Positions 27,224 through 36,544 of a stretch of DNA of 64,000 nt are shown piece after piece. The notes under the pieces were generated by a model. The model did not search any database, was not told the origin of the DNA, and worked only from the letters and a program-made list of their open reading frames with translations. The position numbers and the translations under genes are program-made. How positions within the stretch are numbered: position 1 is the stretch's first letter; every line of letters begins with the position of its first letter. This stretch comes from Thermodesulfobacteriota bacterium (GTDB taxonomy: Bacteria; Desulfobacterota; Desulfarculia; JACQYL01): assembly GCA_963675595.2 (NCBI GenBank), contig CAXXLZ010000002.1, forward strand, positions 4,480,001 through 4,544,000, written 5' to 3'.

Positions 27224-28162
27224 ATGAAACGGATGGTTTTGGTCGTTGCGGGGATGTGCGCGTTGGTGGGAGCTTCGGCGTGGGGGGCGTTCGCCGCCCG
27301 CATGGAGAACCAAATCGTGATTCCGGTGCAGTGGGACTACTGCCTGTTTCGCATCACCGCGCCCGGAGGGGCGGACGTGACCATCGACATGGGTCTGATC
27401 GCCGAGCAGGGCGATCTCAACCTGTACCTCAAGTACGGGGCACCTCCCTATCCGGACTTTGACTACAAATCGGACAACTACGGACTGCACGACGAACAGA
27501 TCGTTCTGGAGAACCCCATGTCCGGCGTGTGGTACCTGGAGATCAACGCCCGCTATCAGGGGGAAGCGCTTTTCTATCTGGACGACGGGGATGCCGGAGT
27601 CGTGTTGGAATGGATCGGTGGGGCGTTGGACGCGGCTTTCTCCGCCTCCTCGCCCAGAGAGGGACCGGCGCCCTTGACGGTCGCCTTCAGCGGCGACGCA
27701 TCCGGAGGCGACATTCAGTCCTATTCGTGGGACTTCGGAGACGGTTCTTCCGTGGAGGGACAGGCTGAACCCACGCACACCTACACAGCGCCGGGAGTGT
27801 ACACGGTGACCCTCACCGTGAGCGACGGGGACACGGACAACGCGGAGACCAAAGCGGACTATGTCACCGTAACAGCCGCCGCTCCCGCCGACGGCGTGTG
27901 GAAGACGTCCGACAACTTGGCCTTCTTTCTTCAGAAATACGCCACAGGCTCCTGCATCGTGGTGGTGTATGGAGCCTGCCCCACGGTGTTTCTGGATGCC
28001 GACTACACGGACGGCGTGGACTGCCCGGACCTGGAAGGAGCGGGCTACCGGATGCGGTTGGACCTGACGGACGCTTCTCACGGAACCCTGACGGCCGACT
28101 TGCCGGAAGAATCCGTGAACCAACCGGCGGAACTGGTCTTCCCCACGGCGGAGACTTTTTAA
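27224..28162 (+). CDS. Exported protein with PPC-like and PKD domains
   Basis: Signal peptide, GDLNLYLKYGAPP...SGVWY (PPC-like), GPAPLTVAF...YSWDFGDG...PTHTYTAPGVYTVTLTV (PKD). RBS GGGAGG. Confidence 0.88.
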   Translation: MKRMVLVVAGMCALVGASAWGAFAARMENQIVIPVQWDYCLFRITAPGGADVTIDMGLIAEQGDLNLYLKYGAPPYPDFDYKSDNYGLHDEQIVLENPMSGVWYLEINARYQGEALFYLDDGDAGVVLEWIGGALDAAFSASSPREGPAPLTVAFSGDASGGDIQSYSWDFGDGSSVEGQAEPTHTYTAPGVYTVTLTVSDGDTDNAETKADYVTVTAAAPADGVWKTSDNLAFFLQKYATGSCIVVVYGACPTVFLDADYTDGVDCPDLEGAGYRMRLDLTDASHGTLTADLPEESVNQPAELVFPTAETF

Positions 28163-28172
28163 TTGGTTTGCC

Positions 28173-28540
28173 GGGGGAACACGGTTCCCCCGGACCCCCT
28201 TGTGTGGGCTTCGTCCCTTTCGGGACGAAGTCCCGGACTTTGGCCCTTTGTGATAATGCCTGGAGCATCCCAAGATACGTGTCTCATCATAACCACAAGT
28301 ATTGACGAATAAAATTGCAGAGCATCGGTTTAACCAACAGAATATTCTATGCGGCGGGCAACCACCGAACCCGACCGTAAGTCGGGAATCAGGTCTTTAT
28401 GATTAGACACTAACCGTTAGAAGGGAAAATAATAAATTATCAAGGAAAGTTTATTGATTCTCTATTTTATGCGGAATAATTCACGCAAATTACAAATAGT
28501 CAAAGGCCATACAGGTAGGGGCGGTTCGCGAACCGCCCCC
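28173..28540 (+). mobile_element. Composite AT-rich repeat, copy 2 (short form; IR element 28235-28508)
   Basis: Direct repeat of 26287-26967 without the transposase fragment; shared blocks include TCATCATAACCACAAGTATTGACGAATAAAATTGCA. Confidence 0.75.
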
Positions 28541-28568
28541 CCGCAAGTGCTCAGGAGCAACGAATCTT

Positions 28569-29474
28569 TCAGCAAGTCCGATAATCGGTTAGGAACAACC
28601 CCGGAAAATGCGACGTGCATTCCATGACGTGCGTAATGGCATTGAAGTCGTATTCGTCTCCCGACCGATAGTCGGTGAAGAACGCGTTGACCCGCTTCAC
28701 CCTTTCCGGCCGGGTTCCCACGGCCTGCAATCCCAGAGACACTCCGAAGTTGGTGAAGGCGAATTTGATCTCCGTCATGCCCGGTCCGCGGCAGAAGTAG
28801 CCGGGGGGATCGATCCACAGCCGGTCCAGCATGGAAAGGGACGCCGCTCGTTGGGCTTGGGCCCACCGCTCCTCGGGAAAGAAATGGGTCATCCAGAGCA
28901 TCATTCCCAGGCCCAGGTCCTGGGCGATTTGCAGGGAAGGGTAGCTCAGGTCCGCCAATGCTTTCATTTCCCGTATTTCATGGGAGAGCGCTTTTTTATC
29001 CAATAGGCGATAGACCACGTAGCCGTGGAAGGCGTCCAGTGCGCCGAATCCGTAACCCGGATAGGGGCCGCTCAGGTCTTCGAGCATTTTCCAATGGACC
29101 CCCACGCCCGGAACCACGAATGCTGGGTGGATTTGCCGCACCAACTTCAGGGCCCGGGCGCGGTAGGCCGGAATGGTGTCGCCCAGCCGAGTCAGAGCGA
29201 AGACCCACATGCCCAGGTAGTGGAAGTACTGCCCGTCGCGATCCGGTTCTTCTCCGATGCGCACGCCGCGAGTCCGCCCCAGGACCCGATCCACCTCGGA
29301 TACGACTTCTTCGGCTTGTTTTAGGAATCGGCGGTCTTTGAGTTCCAGGTAGAGCCCGGTGAGGAGCACCACTCCGAAGGCGTCGGTCCACAGGTATCGC
29401 AGGCCGTTGGGCCAGATTCCTTGTTCCCGCATCCATTGAAGCTTGTCCAACACGAAAGGGATGTCTCTCTCCAT
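28569..29474 (-). CDS. Hypothetical protein with RYLWTDAFGV motif (possible alpha/alpha-barrel fold)
   Basis: 301 aa ORF with host-like codon usage, RBS GGAGGA, motifs RYLWTDAFGV and DGQYFHYL. Fold assignment is inference. Confidence 0.8.
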   Translation of the reverse strand: MERDIPFVLDKLQWMREQGIWPNGLRYLWTDAFGVVLLTGLYLELKDRRFLKQAEEVVSEVDRVLGRTRGVRIGEEPDRDGQYFHYLGMWVFALTRLGDTIPAYRARALKLVRQIHPAFVVPGVGVHWKMLEDLSGPYPGYGFGALDAFHGYVVYRLLDKKALSHEIREMKALADLSYPSLQIAQDLGLGMMLWMTHFFPEERWAQAQRAASLSMLDRLWIDPPGYFCRGPGMTEIKFAFTNFGVSLGLQAVGTRPERVKRVNAFFTDYRSGDEYDFNAITHVMECTSHFPGLFLTDYRTC

Positions 29475-29490
29475 GGCTATCCTCCATTCG

Positions 29491-29615
29491 GCAGGCCGCC
29501 GCAAACCGCGACCTGCGGCGTTGCACTTCATCCCTAGTCACTGCGGCGTACTCCATGTACGCCTCCTTCCTCGGGATTTGCGCGCCTTGCATGTCATCGG
29601 TTTTCGACGGCCTGC
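29491..29615. repeat. Repeat family B copy 2
   Basis: Same core as 16298-16420; terminal stem GCAGGCCGCCGCAAACCG / CGGTTTTCGACGGCCTGC. Confidence 0.85.
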
Positions 29616-29821
29616 GGCAACCGGACTCTTTTCCTCATCCAACCGTTGTTGCCGCTTGGGAAAGAAAGCAGGTTATTGTACGATGAAGTCCTGTATGGAG
29701 GATAGTCATTGCCGGAATCCCCATGACGTCCGGCCTAGCCCGACACGTTGATGCAACGGAGCCCCCGGGAAGCGATGTGAACTCCCCTCACGACAAGGGC
29801 GTGCAAACCGCCGCGAACCGG

Positions 29822-31867
29822 ATGAAGGAGTCCGAGAAGCCGCCGCCGAGGCCTCGGAACCGGCGGTGCCTGTTGATCTCCCTGGTCGCGGCGTCCTGGT
29901 CCCTGTTTCAACTGGCTCTGCCCGAGGTGCTGCTGCTTCAGGCGGTCACCATCCGCGCAGTGCACCTGGCATTCGCCATGGTGCTGGTCTATTTGAGCTT
30001 TCCCTATTTCACCAAGAGGAGACGAAGGGAGGATCGGGATTCTCCCGCGGGAGCCCGATCGGGGGGATGGAGGAATCTCGCGACGGCCCTGGCGGCCGGG
30101 GCGTCCTCCTTGTACCTGGCGATCTTTTATGAGGCATTGAGCGTCCGGCAGGGCTCGCCGAACCTCGCGGACATCATCGTGGGCGTTGTCCTCATTCTGC
30201 TGCTGCTGGAAGCGGCCCGCCGGTCCCTGGGACCGGCCCTTCCCGTGGTGGCCGGGCTGTTTATGCTGTACGCGTTTTTCGGCCCCTATATGCCCGACGT
30301 CATCGCGTTCAAAGGCGTGAGCTTTTCCAGGTTCATGAGCCAGCAGACCATCAGTACGGAAGGCATCTACGGAATCCCTCTGGATGTGTCGGCCAACCTG
30401 GTCTTTCTGTTCGTGTTGTTGGGCTCCATGCTGGAAAAGGCCGGCGGAGGGGAGTATTTCGTGGACCTGGCTTTCAGCCTGCTGGGAACCTTCAAAGGCG
30501 GACCGGCCAAGGCCGCGGTGCTGGCTTCCGGCGCCACGGGGCTCATTTCGGGAAGTTCCATCGCCAATGTGGTGACCACGGGCACCTTTACCATTCCCCT
30601 GATGAAATCCGTGGGCTATCCTCCCGAAAAAGCGGCGGCCGTGGAAGTGGCCGCCAGCACCAACGGTCAGCTCATGCCCCCCATCATGGGCGCCGCGGCC
30701 TTCATCATCGCGGAATACTGCAACATGCCCTACATGGAAGTGGTCAAGGCGGCGTTCGTGCCCGCCATGCTGAGCTATGCCGCGCTGTTCTACATCACCC
30801 ACCTGGAAGCGGGAAAGCTGGGCCTCAAGGGCCTGTCCAAAGAACAAACGCCCCGGTTCCTTTCCACCTTTTTGGGCGGGATTCATTTTCTGATTCCTAT
30901 TGCGGCTCTGCTCTACTTCCTGATGGTGGAGCGCCGAAGTCCCTCATTCGCCGCTTTCTGGTCCATTATGGCGCTTCTGGCCCTTATCGGGATCAAGGAA
31001 CCGTGGGCGGCCGTACGACGCGGTGAATCCTTGAGCCGGGGCCTCGGCAGGGCCGGCGTGATCATTTGGGAATCCCTGGTCGCCGGCGGACGCAACATGA
31101 TGGGCATCGGCGTGGCGGTGGCCGGGGCCGGCATCATCGTGGGCGTGGTGACCATGGGGTTGGGCGGGCTCATCACCGAGGTGGTGGACGTGATCAGCGG
31201 CGGGAACCTGTACCTTCTGCTGATCCTCACCGCGGTCGCCTGTCTGTTGTTGGGCATGGGACTGCCCACCACGGCCAACTACATCGTAATGGCCACCCTC
31301 ACCGCCGGAGTCATTGTTGAACTGGCGCCGGCCGCCGGGTTGGAGGTGCACCTGATTCAGGCGCACCTTTTTGTGTTCTTTTTCGGTATCCTGGCGGACG
31401 ACACCCCGCCGGTGGGGCTGGCCGCCTACGCGGCGAGCGCCATTGCGCGCAGCAACCCCATCGCCACCGGGGTTCAGGGATTTCTGTACGATGTCCGCAC
31501 CGCTGTTTTGCCCTTCATGTTCATCTTCAACGAGCGACTGCTGCTCATCGGCGTGGATTCCTTCGGAACCGCGGCCTGGATCTTCATGAGCGGGATCGTG
31601 GCCATGTTCGCCTTCGCCTGCGCGACGCAAGGATTCTTCATCGCCCGCAACAAACCTTGGGAAACCGTGATTTTCCTGCTGATTACCTTTATGATCCTGA
31701 GACCGTTCAGCGCGACCGGCTGGTTGGGCGCGACCGATCCTTATTCGGCGGGTTTCATGGGAATCGGCGCGGCGGATTGGGTGAAAGCGGGCGGCATCGG
31801 CTTGTACGGTCTGATGTACCTATCACAGTTGCCGCGCGCGCGCAGGGCAAGGGTCGGATCGGCTTAG
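29822..31867 (+). CDS. TRAP transporter fused 4TM/12TM permease (TAXI-associated)
   Basis: GGPAKAAV, SGSSIANVVTTGTFTIPLMK, ASTNGQLMPPIMGAAAF, GMGLPTTANY, ADDTPPVGLAA. Start is 29723 or 29822. Confidence 0.95.
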   Translation: MKESEKPPPRPRNRRCLLISLVAASWSLFQLALPEVLLLQAVTIRAVHLAFAMVLVYLSFPYFTKRRRREDRDSPAGARSGGWRNLATALAAGASSLYLAIFYEALSVRQGSPNLADIIVGVVLILLLLEAARRSLGPALPVVAGLFMLYAFFGPYMPDVIAFKGVSFSRFMSQQTISTEGIYGIPLDVSANLVFLFVLLGSMLEKAGGGEYFVDLAFSLLGTFKGGPAKAAVLASGATGLISGSSIANVVTTGTFTIPLMKSVGYPPEKAAAVEVAASTNGQLMPPIMGAAAFIIAEYCNMPYMEVVKAAFVPAMLSYAALFYITHLEAGKLGLKGLSKEQTPRFLSTFLGGIHFLIPIAALLYFLMVERRSPSFAAFWSIMALLALIGIKEPWAAVRRGESLSRGLGRAGVIIWESLVAGGRNMMGIGVAVAGAGIIVGVVTMGLGGLITEVVDVISGGNLYLLLILTAVACLLLGMGLPTTANYIVMATLTAGVIVELAPAAGLEVHLIQAHLFVFFFGILADDTPPVGLAAYAASAIARSNPIATGVQGFLYDVRTAVLPFMFIFNERLLLIGVDSFGTAAWIFMSGIVAMFAFACATQGFFIARNKPWETVIFLLITFMILRPFSATGWLGATDPYSAGFMGIGAADWVKAGGIGLYGLMYLSQLPRARRARVGSA

Positions 31868-31891
31868 CGCCTCTTGGATTGAGACAGCCGT

Positions 31892-31972
31892 TCCGGGGGG
31901 CGCTTTTGGAAAAGCGCCCCCCGGACTCCCCTGAAAACTTTCGAGCGTGGCCGCACCGCCTACGGCGGAGCG
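31892..31972 (-). repeat. Repeat family A copy
   Basis: TCCGGGGGGCGCTTTTGGAAAAGCGCCCCCCGGA...AAAACTTT...CGCACCGCCTACGGCGGAGCG. Confidence 0.85.
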
Positions 31973-32023
31973 CCTGCCGGGAGTGGGGAGAAGATTCGTG
32001 GCGCCTATTTGCGTGGTGTGCCG

Positions 32024-32169
32024 CCGGGGGACCAATGGCCCCCCGGACCCCCTTTGCGCTTCTGCGAATCGCGTACGCGATTCGCATAACGAGCAGCATG
32101 TGACCGTCCAACGTATTAAAATGCCAACGGTTTTTGGGAGGGTTCCCTCGGATGCCCCTCTGAATGCTC
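32024..32169. repeat. Repeat family C copy 2, containing a 24-bp perfect palindrome
   Basis: TGCGAATCGCGTACGCGATTCGCA at 32063-32086; colinear with 25799-25942. Confidence 0.85.
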
Positions 32170-32305
32170 GCAGTCGTAGTACCCCTGTGAATATGTACGA
32201 TTGGTGAGGCGTCTGCTTGCCGATGTCGCCTCAAAGCGAAATGCACATACGAATCCCGGTCATTCGCATCGAGAATCGGAATACGGACAACCAAGGAGGA
32301 ACGTC

Positions 32306-33298
32306 ATGAAGCGACCGTCGGTATGGCTGTGCGCAGCGCTTTTGCTGATGAGCTTTGTCTTTTCGCCGAACCCGATGCCGGTTCAAGCCGAAACCCGCTT
32401 TGCGGCCATCGGCACCGGAGCCGTGACCGGGGTCTACTATCCCACCGGACTCGCCATCGCCAAAATCGTCAACGAGAAGCGCAGGACCTATGGCCTCCGC
32501 TGTTCGGTGGAGTCCACGGGCGGCAGCGTATTCAATGTGAACGCAGTGATGTCCGGAGACCTGGAATTCGGCATCGTGCAGTCCGACCGACAGTATCAGG
32601 CGGTCCACGGCACGGCGGAATGGACGGACATGGGGCCCCAAAAGGGATTGCGCGCGGTCTTTGCCATTCATTCCGAGTCCCACGTGCTTTGCGCGTCGGA
32701 GAACAGCGGCATCGGGACGGTCCCCGACCTCAAGGGAAAAGCCGTGGCCGTGGGGAATCCCGGCTCCGGCCAGCGGGGGAACTTCATCGATATGTTGAGC
32801 GAGTACGGCATGACCTACGACGACCTGGGACGCGCGGAAGGCTTGAAGGCGTCCGAGTCCTCCAAGCTGCTGCAGGACGGCCGCATCGACGCCTTTGTCT
32901 ATACCGTGGGCCATCCCAGCGCATTTTTCAAGGAAGCCACTGCAGGACGCATCAAGGTGCGCTTCATCCCCTTCGACCGGGACAAGATCGCGGCGCTGAT
33001 CAAGCGGCACCCCTACTATGTGCCGGCGGAAATCCCCATGGAGTATTATCCCGGCGCTCTCAACAAGGAACGGTTCGTGCCCACTTTTGCGGTGAAGGCT
33101 ACTCTGGTGACCCGGGACGACGTGCCCGAGGACATGGTGTATGCCGTGACCAAGGAAGTGTTCGAACACTTCGAAGACTTCAAGAAGCTGCATCCGGCCT
33201 ACGAACACCTGACCAAAGAAGGTATGCTTCAAGGCATGACCGCCCCCATCCATCCCGGAGCGCTGAAATATTACAGGGAAGCGGGACTGATGGAATAG
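32306..33298 (+). CDS. TAXI family TRAP solute-binding protein
   Basis: Signal peptide, IGTGAVTGVYYPTG, ESTGGSVFN, VGNPGSG, PIHPGALKYY. RBS AAGGAGG. Confidence 0.95.
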   Translation: MKRPSVWLCAALLLMSFVFSPNPMPVQAETRFAAIGTGAVTGVYYPTGLAIAKIVNEKRRTYGLRCSVESTGGSVFNVNAVMSGDLEFGIVQSDRQYQAVHGTAEWTDMGPQKGLRAVFAIHSESHVLCASENSGIGTVPDLKGKAVAVGNPGSGQRGNFIDMLSEYGMTYDDLGRAEGLKASESSKLLQDGRIDAFVYTVGHPSAFFKEATAGRIKVRFIPFDRDKIAALIKRHPYYVPAEIPMEYYPGALNKERFVPTFAVKATLVTRDDVPEDMVYAVTKEVFEHFEDFKKLHPAYEHLTKEGMLQGMTAPIHPGALKYYREAGLME

Positions 33299-33323
33299 GG
33301 TGTGTCCGCGTTAATTCAGGATA

Positions 33324-33401
33324 TTGGGGGGTGCTTTGAAAAGCACCCCCCAAGCCCCCCGCAAACTTCCTAAGTGTGGCCGCACCGCTTATGGGGGAGC
33401 G
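33324..33401 (-). repeat. Repeat family A copy
   Basis: TTGGGGGGTGCTTTGAAAAGCACCCCCCAA...CCCC...AAACTT...GCCGCACCGC. Confidence 0.8.
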
Positions 33402-33499
33402 TCCTCCGGGGTGATGAGAAGACTCGGAGCCGGTCTGCAAGTTCACCTTGCATGATCCAAACAAGGTGGGACTCCGCCTCGACCTTTGACCGCACGATC

Positions 33500-33658
33500 T
33501 TGACAAAAACCGCCGTCTGCGGCGGATATGTTGTAGGGGCAGGCCATAGTGCCTGCCCGAGGAGCCGGCCGAAGGCCGACCTTCCATCAGACTCTTATGT
33601 ACGCCTCCACTCCTCGGGATACGCACGCCTTGCCTCTCATCGTTTTTCGACAGTCTGC
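33500..33658. repeat. Degenerate family B copy interrupted by a GTAG REP (33533-33558)
   Basis: AAAAACCGCCGTCTGCGGCG ... GTAGGGGCAGGCCATAGTGCCTGCCC ... ATGTACGCCTCCACTCCTCGGGATACGCACGCCTTGCCTCTCATCGTTTTTCGACAGTCTGC. Confidence 0.7.
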
Positions 33659-33666
33659 CGTTTTGC

Positions 33667-34740
33667 TCATGCGCCCGCCCCCGGCCGCTTCCTCGCCACC
33701 CACAACAGATGCTGGCCCAGGTGACGGATCAGGGGCAACTTCTGTAGGATACTTTCCACAGGCGCTACTGCGGCGCGGATCATCTCGGGCCGGTTTTGGG
33801 CCAGAAATTCCACCACGAGGAAGGGAAAGAATTCGATTTCGAAGCTGCCGCGCCACACCGTGTCGAATCCCGCTTCGTCCAGCAGGATTTCCAGTTGCCG
33901 GTGAGAGAAATGATAATGCATGCCGTAGGCGGGTTCGGGGTTCCGACGGTTGTATTCGAATTGGGCGTGCAGGTTGTGGTAGGGCGGCAAAAACAGGTCG
34001 TCGGCCAGGCTCAGGCATTTCTCCAGAAAAACGAACGGGTTGCAGGTGTAGTTGAGATCGTGACGGCTGGGCGTGCTGAGGACCAGCAGGCCCCCGTCCC
34101 GTAGCAGGTCGGAGCAGGCTTTGAGGGCGGCGGACGGGTCCACCACGTGTTCCAGGACTTCGGTCATGAGCATGCCGTCGAAGGAGGCGGGGCCAAAGGG
34201 CGGCCGCGTCGCGTCACCGCAAACGAAGGAAAGGCCCGCCGGGGTGTCCTCGCCGGCGTATCGTTTCGTCGCCTCCATGAGTTTGAGATCGTCCAGTTCG
34301 AGCCCCACCACGGTGCCGGGATGCTCCCGGGCCATGTAAATCGTGTTCTTTCCGAATCCACAGCCCAGGTCCAGCCGACGCGGGCAATCGCCGATCCATT
34401 GGGACACCAGGGCCTGAACGCGTTCGTACCGGTAATGGTAATAATGGCGATCCAGGGGGGACCTCAACAGTGCCCGTTTTTCCGGGGTGTTGAAGTCGTC
34501 CCGCAGGGTGTAGGTTCGTTCGAGGTTTCGGATGTGTTCCGTGGTCATGCTTTCGCGGATGGGTTCGGAAGCGGCCGCGTCGAGCCGGGCCTCCCGTCGA
34601 TGATACAGATACAGGAGTCCGAAAATGAGGACGGTCGCCCGGAACACGGTTCCGGTATGGAGCAGGACTAGGTCGGCGACCAGGGCCGCGAGGAGGACAA
34701 ATTCGATTCCGTGTTTTCTGAGCCGCTTGGATACCTTCAT
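33667..34740 (-). CDS. Class I SAM-dependent methyltransferase with an N-terminal membrane anchor
   Basis: Two hydrophobic N-terminal segments, LDLGCGFG, GDA..PF...SFD, TEVLEHV, GGLLVLSTP. Confidence 0.9.
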   Translation of the reverse strand: MKVSKRLRKHGIEFVLLAALVADLVLLHTGTVFRATVLIFGLLYLYHRREARLDAAASEPIRESMTTEHIRNLERTYTLRDDFNTPEKRALLRSPLDRHYYHYRYERVQALVSQWIGDCPRRLDLGCGFGKNTIYMAREHPGTVVGLELDDLKLMEATKRYAGEDTPAGLSFVCGDATRPPFGPASFDGMLMTEVLEHVVDPSAALKACSDLLRDGGLLVLSTPSRHDLNYTCNPFVFLEKCLSLADDLFLPPYHNLHAQFEYNRRNPEPAYGMHYHFSHRQLEILLDEAGFDTVWRGSFEIEFFPFLVVEFLAQNRPEMIRAAVAPVESILQKLPLIRHLGQHLLWVARKRPGAGA

Positions 34741-34744
34741 GGGC

Positions 34745-35554
34745 CTATTCCGACATTTTCAAGAGGACGCCGGTCTGTTTCGCCCGGTTCAGGGCCCGAA
34801 AGAGGGCGGCCAGGGAAAGTCCCAGGTAGAGGAGGGCCAGCAGATATCCGTACAACAAGGGAGATCGGCTGCCGGCCTCAAATCCGTAGAAGGAGCGGAA
34901 ATACTCGAGGAAATGGGTCAGGGGAATCCATGCGGAAAGGACCTGTAGAGGTCGCGGCAATACATCCACGGGATAGTAGATTCCACTGAGAAGTATGAGC
35001 AGACTCACGATGGACGTGGCTCCCACGTGGGATCGGCCCCCGAAGCGGAAGGAGAGGGCGCAGACCGTCACGCCCACGGAAACGGCCGTGAGCACCAGGC
35101 CGCCGTAAAAAAGGACCGGGCAAAGGAAATCCCCTCGGGGCAACCGAAAACCGAAGGCGTACCGGCTGAAAATCGACAGGGCCGCGAAGATCAGCGCCGA
35201 ATGAATGATCCCCATGAGCGACGAGCCGGTGATGAGGTGCGGGATGCCTACCGGAGCGGCCATCTCCTGTTTCAGGCTCTTGTTCCACACGCTGTACAGA
35301 ATCACATAGGAAATATCGAGCTGGGCCACCTGCACCACGCTGAGGGCGATGACTCCGATGAGAACGAAGGCGATCATGTCCTCGGACAGGGACAGGAAGC
35401 GGGTGAGCAGGCCCACGGACAGCAGCGCCGTGGCGGGCCAGAAAAGAATTTCGAAGATGTGGAAAAGCCGCTTCTTGGTGATCAGCCGAATCTTGAAGAA
35501 GAAGGCGTTAATCCGGATCAGATGAGTTTGCAAGCGCAAGAAACACGTCTCCAA
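34745..35554 (-). CDS. ABC-2 type exporter permease
   Basis: About 6 TMs, LSGIYYPVDVLPRPLQVLSAWIPLTH ABC-2 signature. Probable TTG start overlapping the ATPase gene. Confidence 0.88.
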   Translation of the reverse strand: METCFLRLQTHLIRINAFFFKIRLITKKRLFHIFEILFWPATALLSVGLLTRFLSLSEDMIAFVLIGVIALSVVQVAQLDISYVILYSVWNKSLKQEMAAPVGIPHLITGSSLMGIIHSALIFAALSIFSRYAFGFRLPRGDFLCPVLFYGGLVLTAVSVGVTVCALSFRFGGRSHVGATSIVSLLILLSGIYYPVDVLPRPLQVLSAWIPLTHFLEYFRSFYGFEAGSRSPLLYGYLLALLYLGLSLAALFRALNRAKQTGVLLKMSE

Positions 35555-36458
35555 GAGTGGGTTGGGTGATTTCCACATGGTCCACGGACCCGCCGCTTTT
35601 GAGCACGGCGTCGAGAATGGCTCCCAAAAGCCCTTGCCGGTCGCTGAGGCCACATTCGAGAAGCCCTTCTTCCATGCGGATCCGGGAAACTCCGGGCAGG
35701 GCTTCCACGGGACCGGACGCCGCGACCAGACCTCGCCCACGGATGGTCAGCCGTTCCTGAAAGCCGATACTCTTCTTGAGGTCTTCCGCTTTTCCTCGAC
35801 GTACGAACCGGCCTTCCTTCATAAAGGCGATTTGTTCGCTTAATTGTTCCGCTTCGTCCATCTGGTGCGTGGTGAGGATGATGGTGACGCCTCGGGCACG
35901 GCTCCAATCGCGGATTCGAGATCGAATCAGCAGACAGGCTTTGGGGTCCAGACCCACGGTAGGCTCGTCCAAGAAGAGCAGTTCCGGATCGTTGATAAGG
36001 GACTTGGCCAGGGCGAGACGCTGCTTGATGCCTGTGGAAAGCTTGTTGAAAGGCGTGCGGGCATAGGGCTCCAATTCGAAAAAGGCAATGAGCTCCCGCG
36101 TCCTTTCCTGTCTTCTCGCACGAGGGATTCCATACAGCATGCCGAAATAGGTCAGGTTCTCCTCCACGGTGAAATTGTCCGGAAAATTGGCGTGTCCGCT
36201 CGCGAGATTCACTCTGGAGCGTATTTTTCCGGTTTGCGTGAGGAGGTCCAGGCCGCACACCGACCCGCCCCCGGCGTCCGGGATGAGCAGTCCGCACAAA
36301 AGGGAGATGAGCGTGGTCTTGCCGGCTCCATTGGGTCCCAGGATGCAGAACGTGGAACCCGCCGGCACCGTCAGGTTGATGCCTTTCAGGGCTCGGACGG
36401 CCGGATTGCCGGGGTAGATTTTTTCAATGTCCCGGATGTCGACTGCCGGAGGCGGCAT
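35508..36458 (-). CDS. ABC exporter ATP-binding protein (DrrA-like)
   Basis: GPNGAGKTT, LSTGIKQR, LFLDEPTVGLD, TTHQMDEAE. Confidence 0.93.
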   Translation of the reverse strand: MPPPAVDIRDIEKIYPGNPAVRALKGINLTVPAGSTFCILGPNGAGKTTLISLLCGLLIPDAGGGSVCGLDLLTQTGKIRSRVNLASGHANFPDNFTVEENLTYFGMLYGIPRARRQERTRELIAFFELEPYARTPFNKLSTGIKQRLALAKSLINDPELLFLDEPTVGLDPKACLLIRSRIRDWSRARGVTIILTTHQMDEAEQLSEQIAFMKEGRFVRRGKAEDLKKSIGFQERLTIRGRGLVAASGPVEALPGVSRIRMEEGLLECGLSDRQGLLGAILDAVLKSGGSVDHVEITQPTLGDVFLALANSSDPD

Positions 36459-36544
36459 GGTTGAAGGCTTCCGTGCGGGTGAACAGGCAACGAGCCGCAC
36501 GAATCCGTGATCGGCGTCGTTGCCCTCAAATGGCCGGGGTGCCG

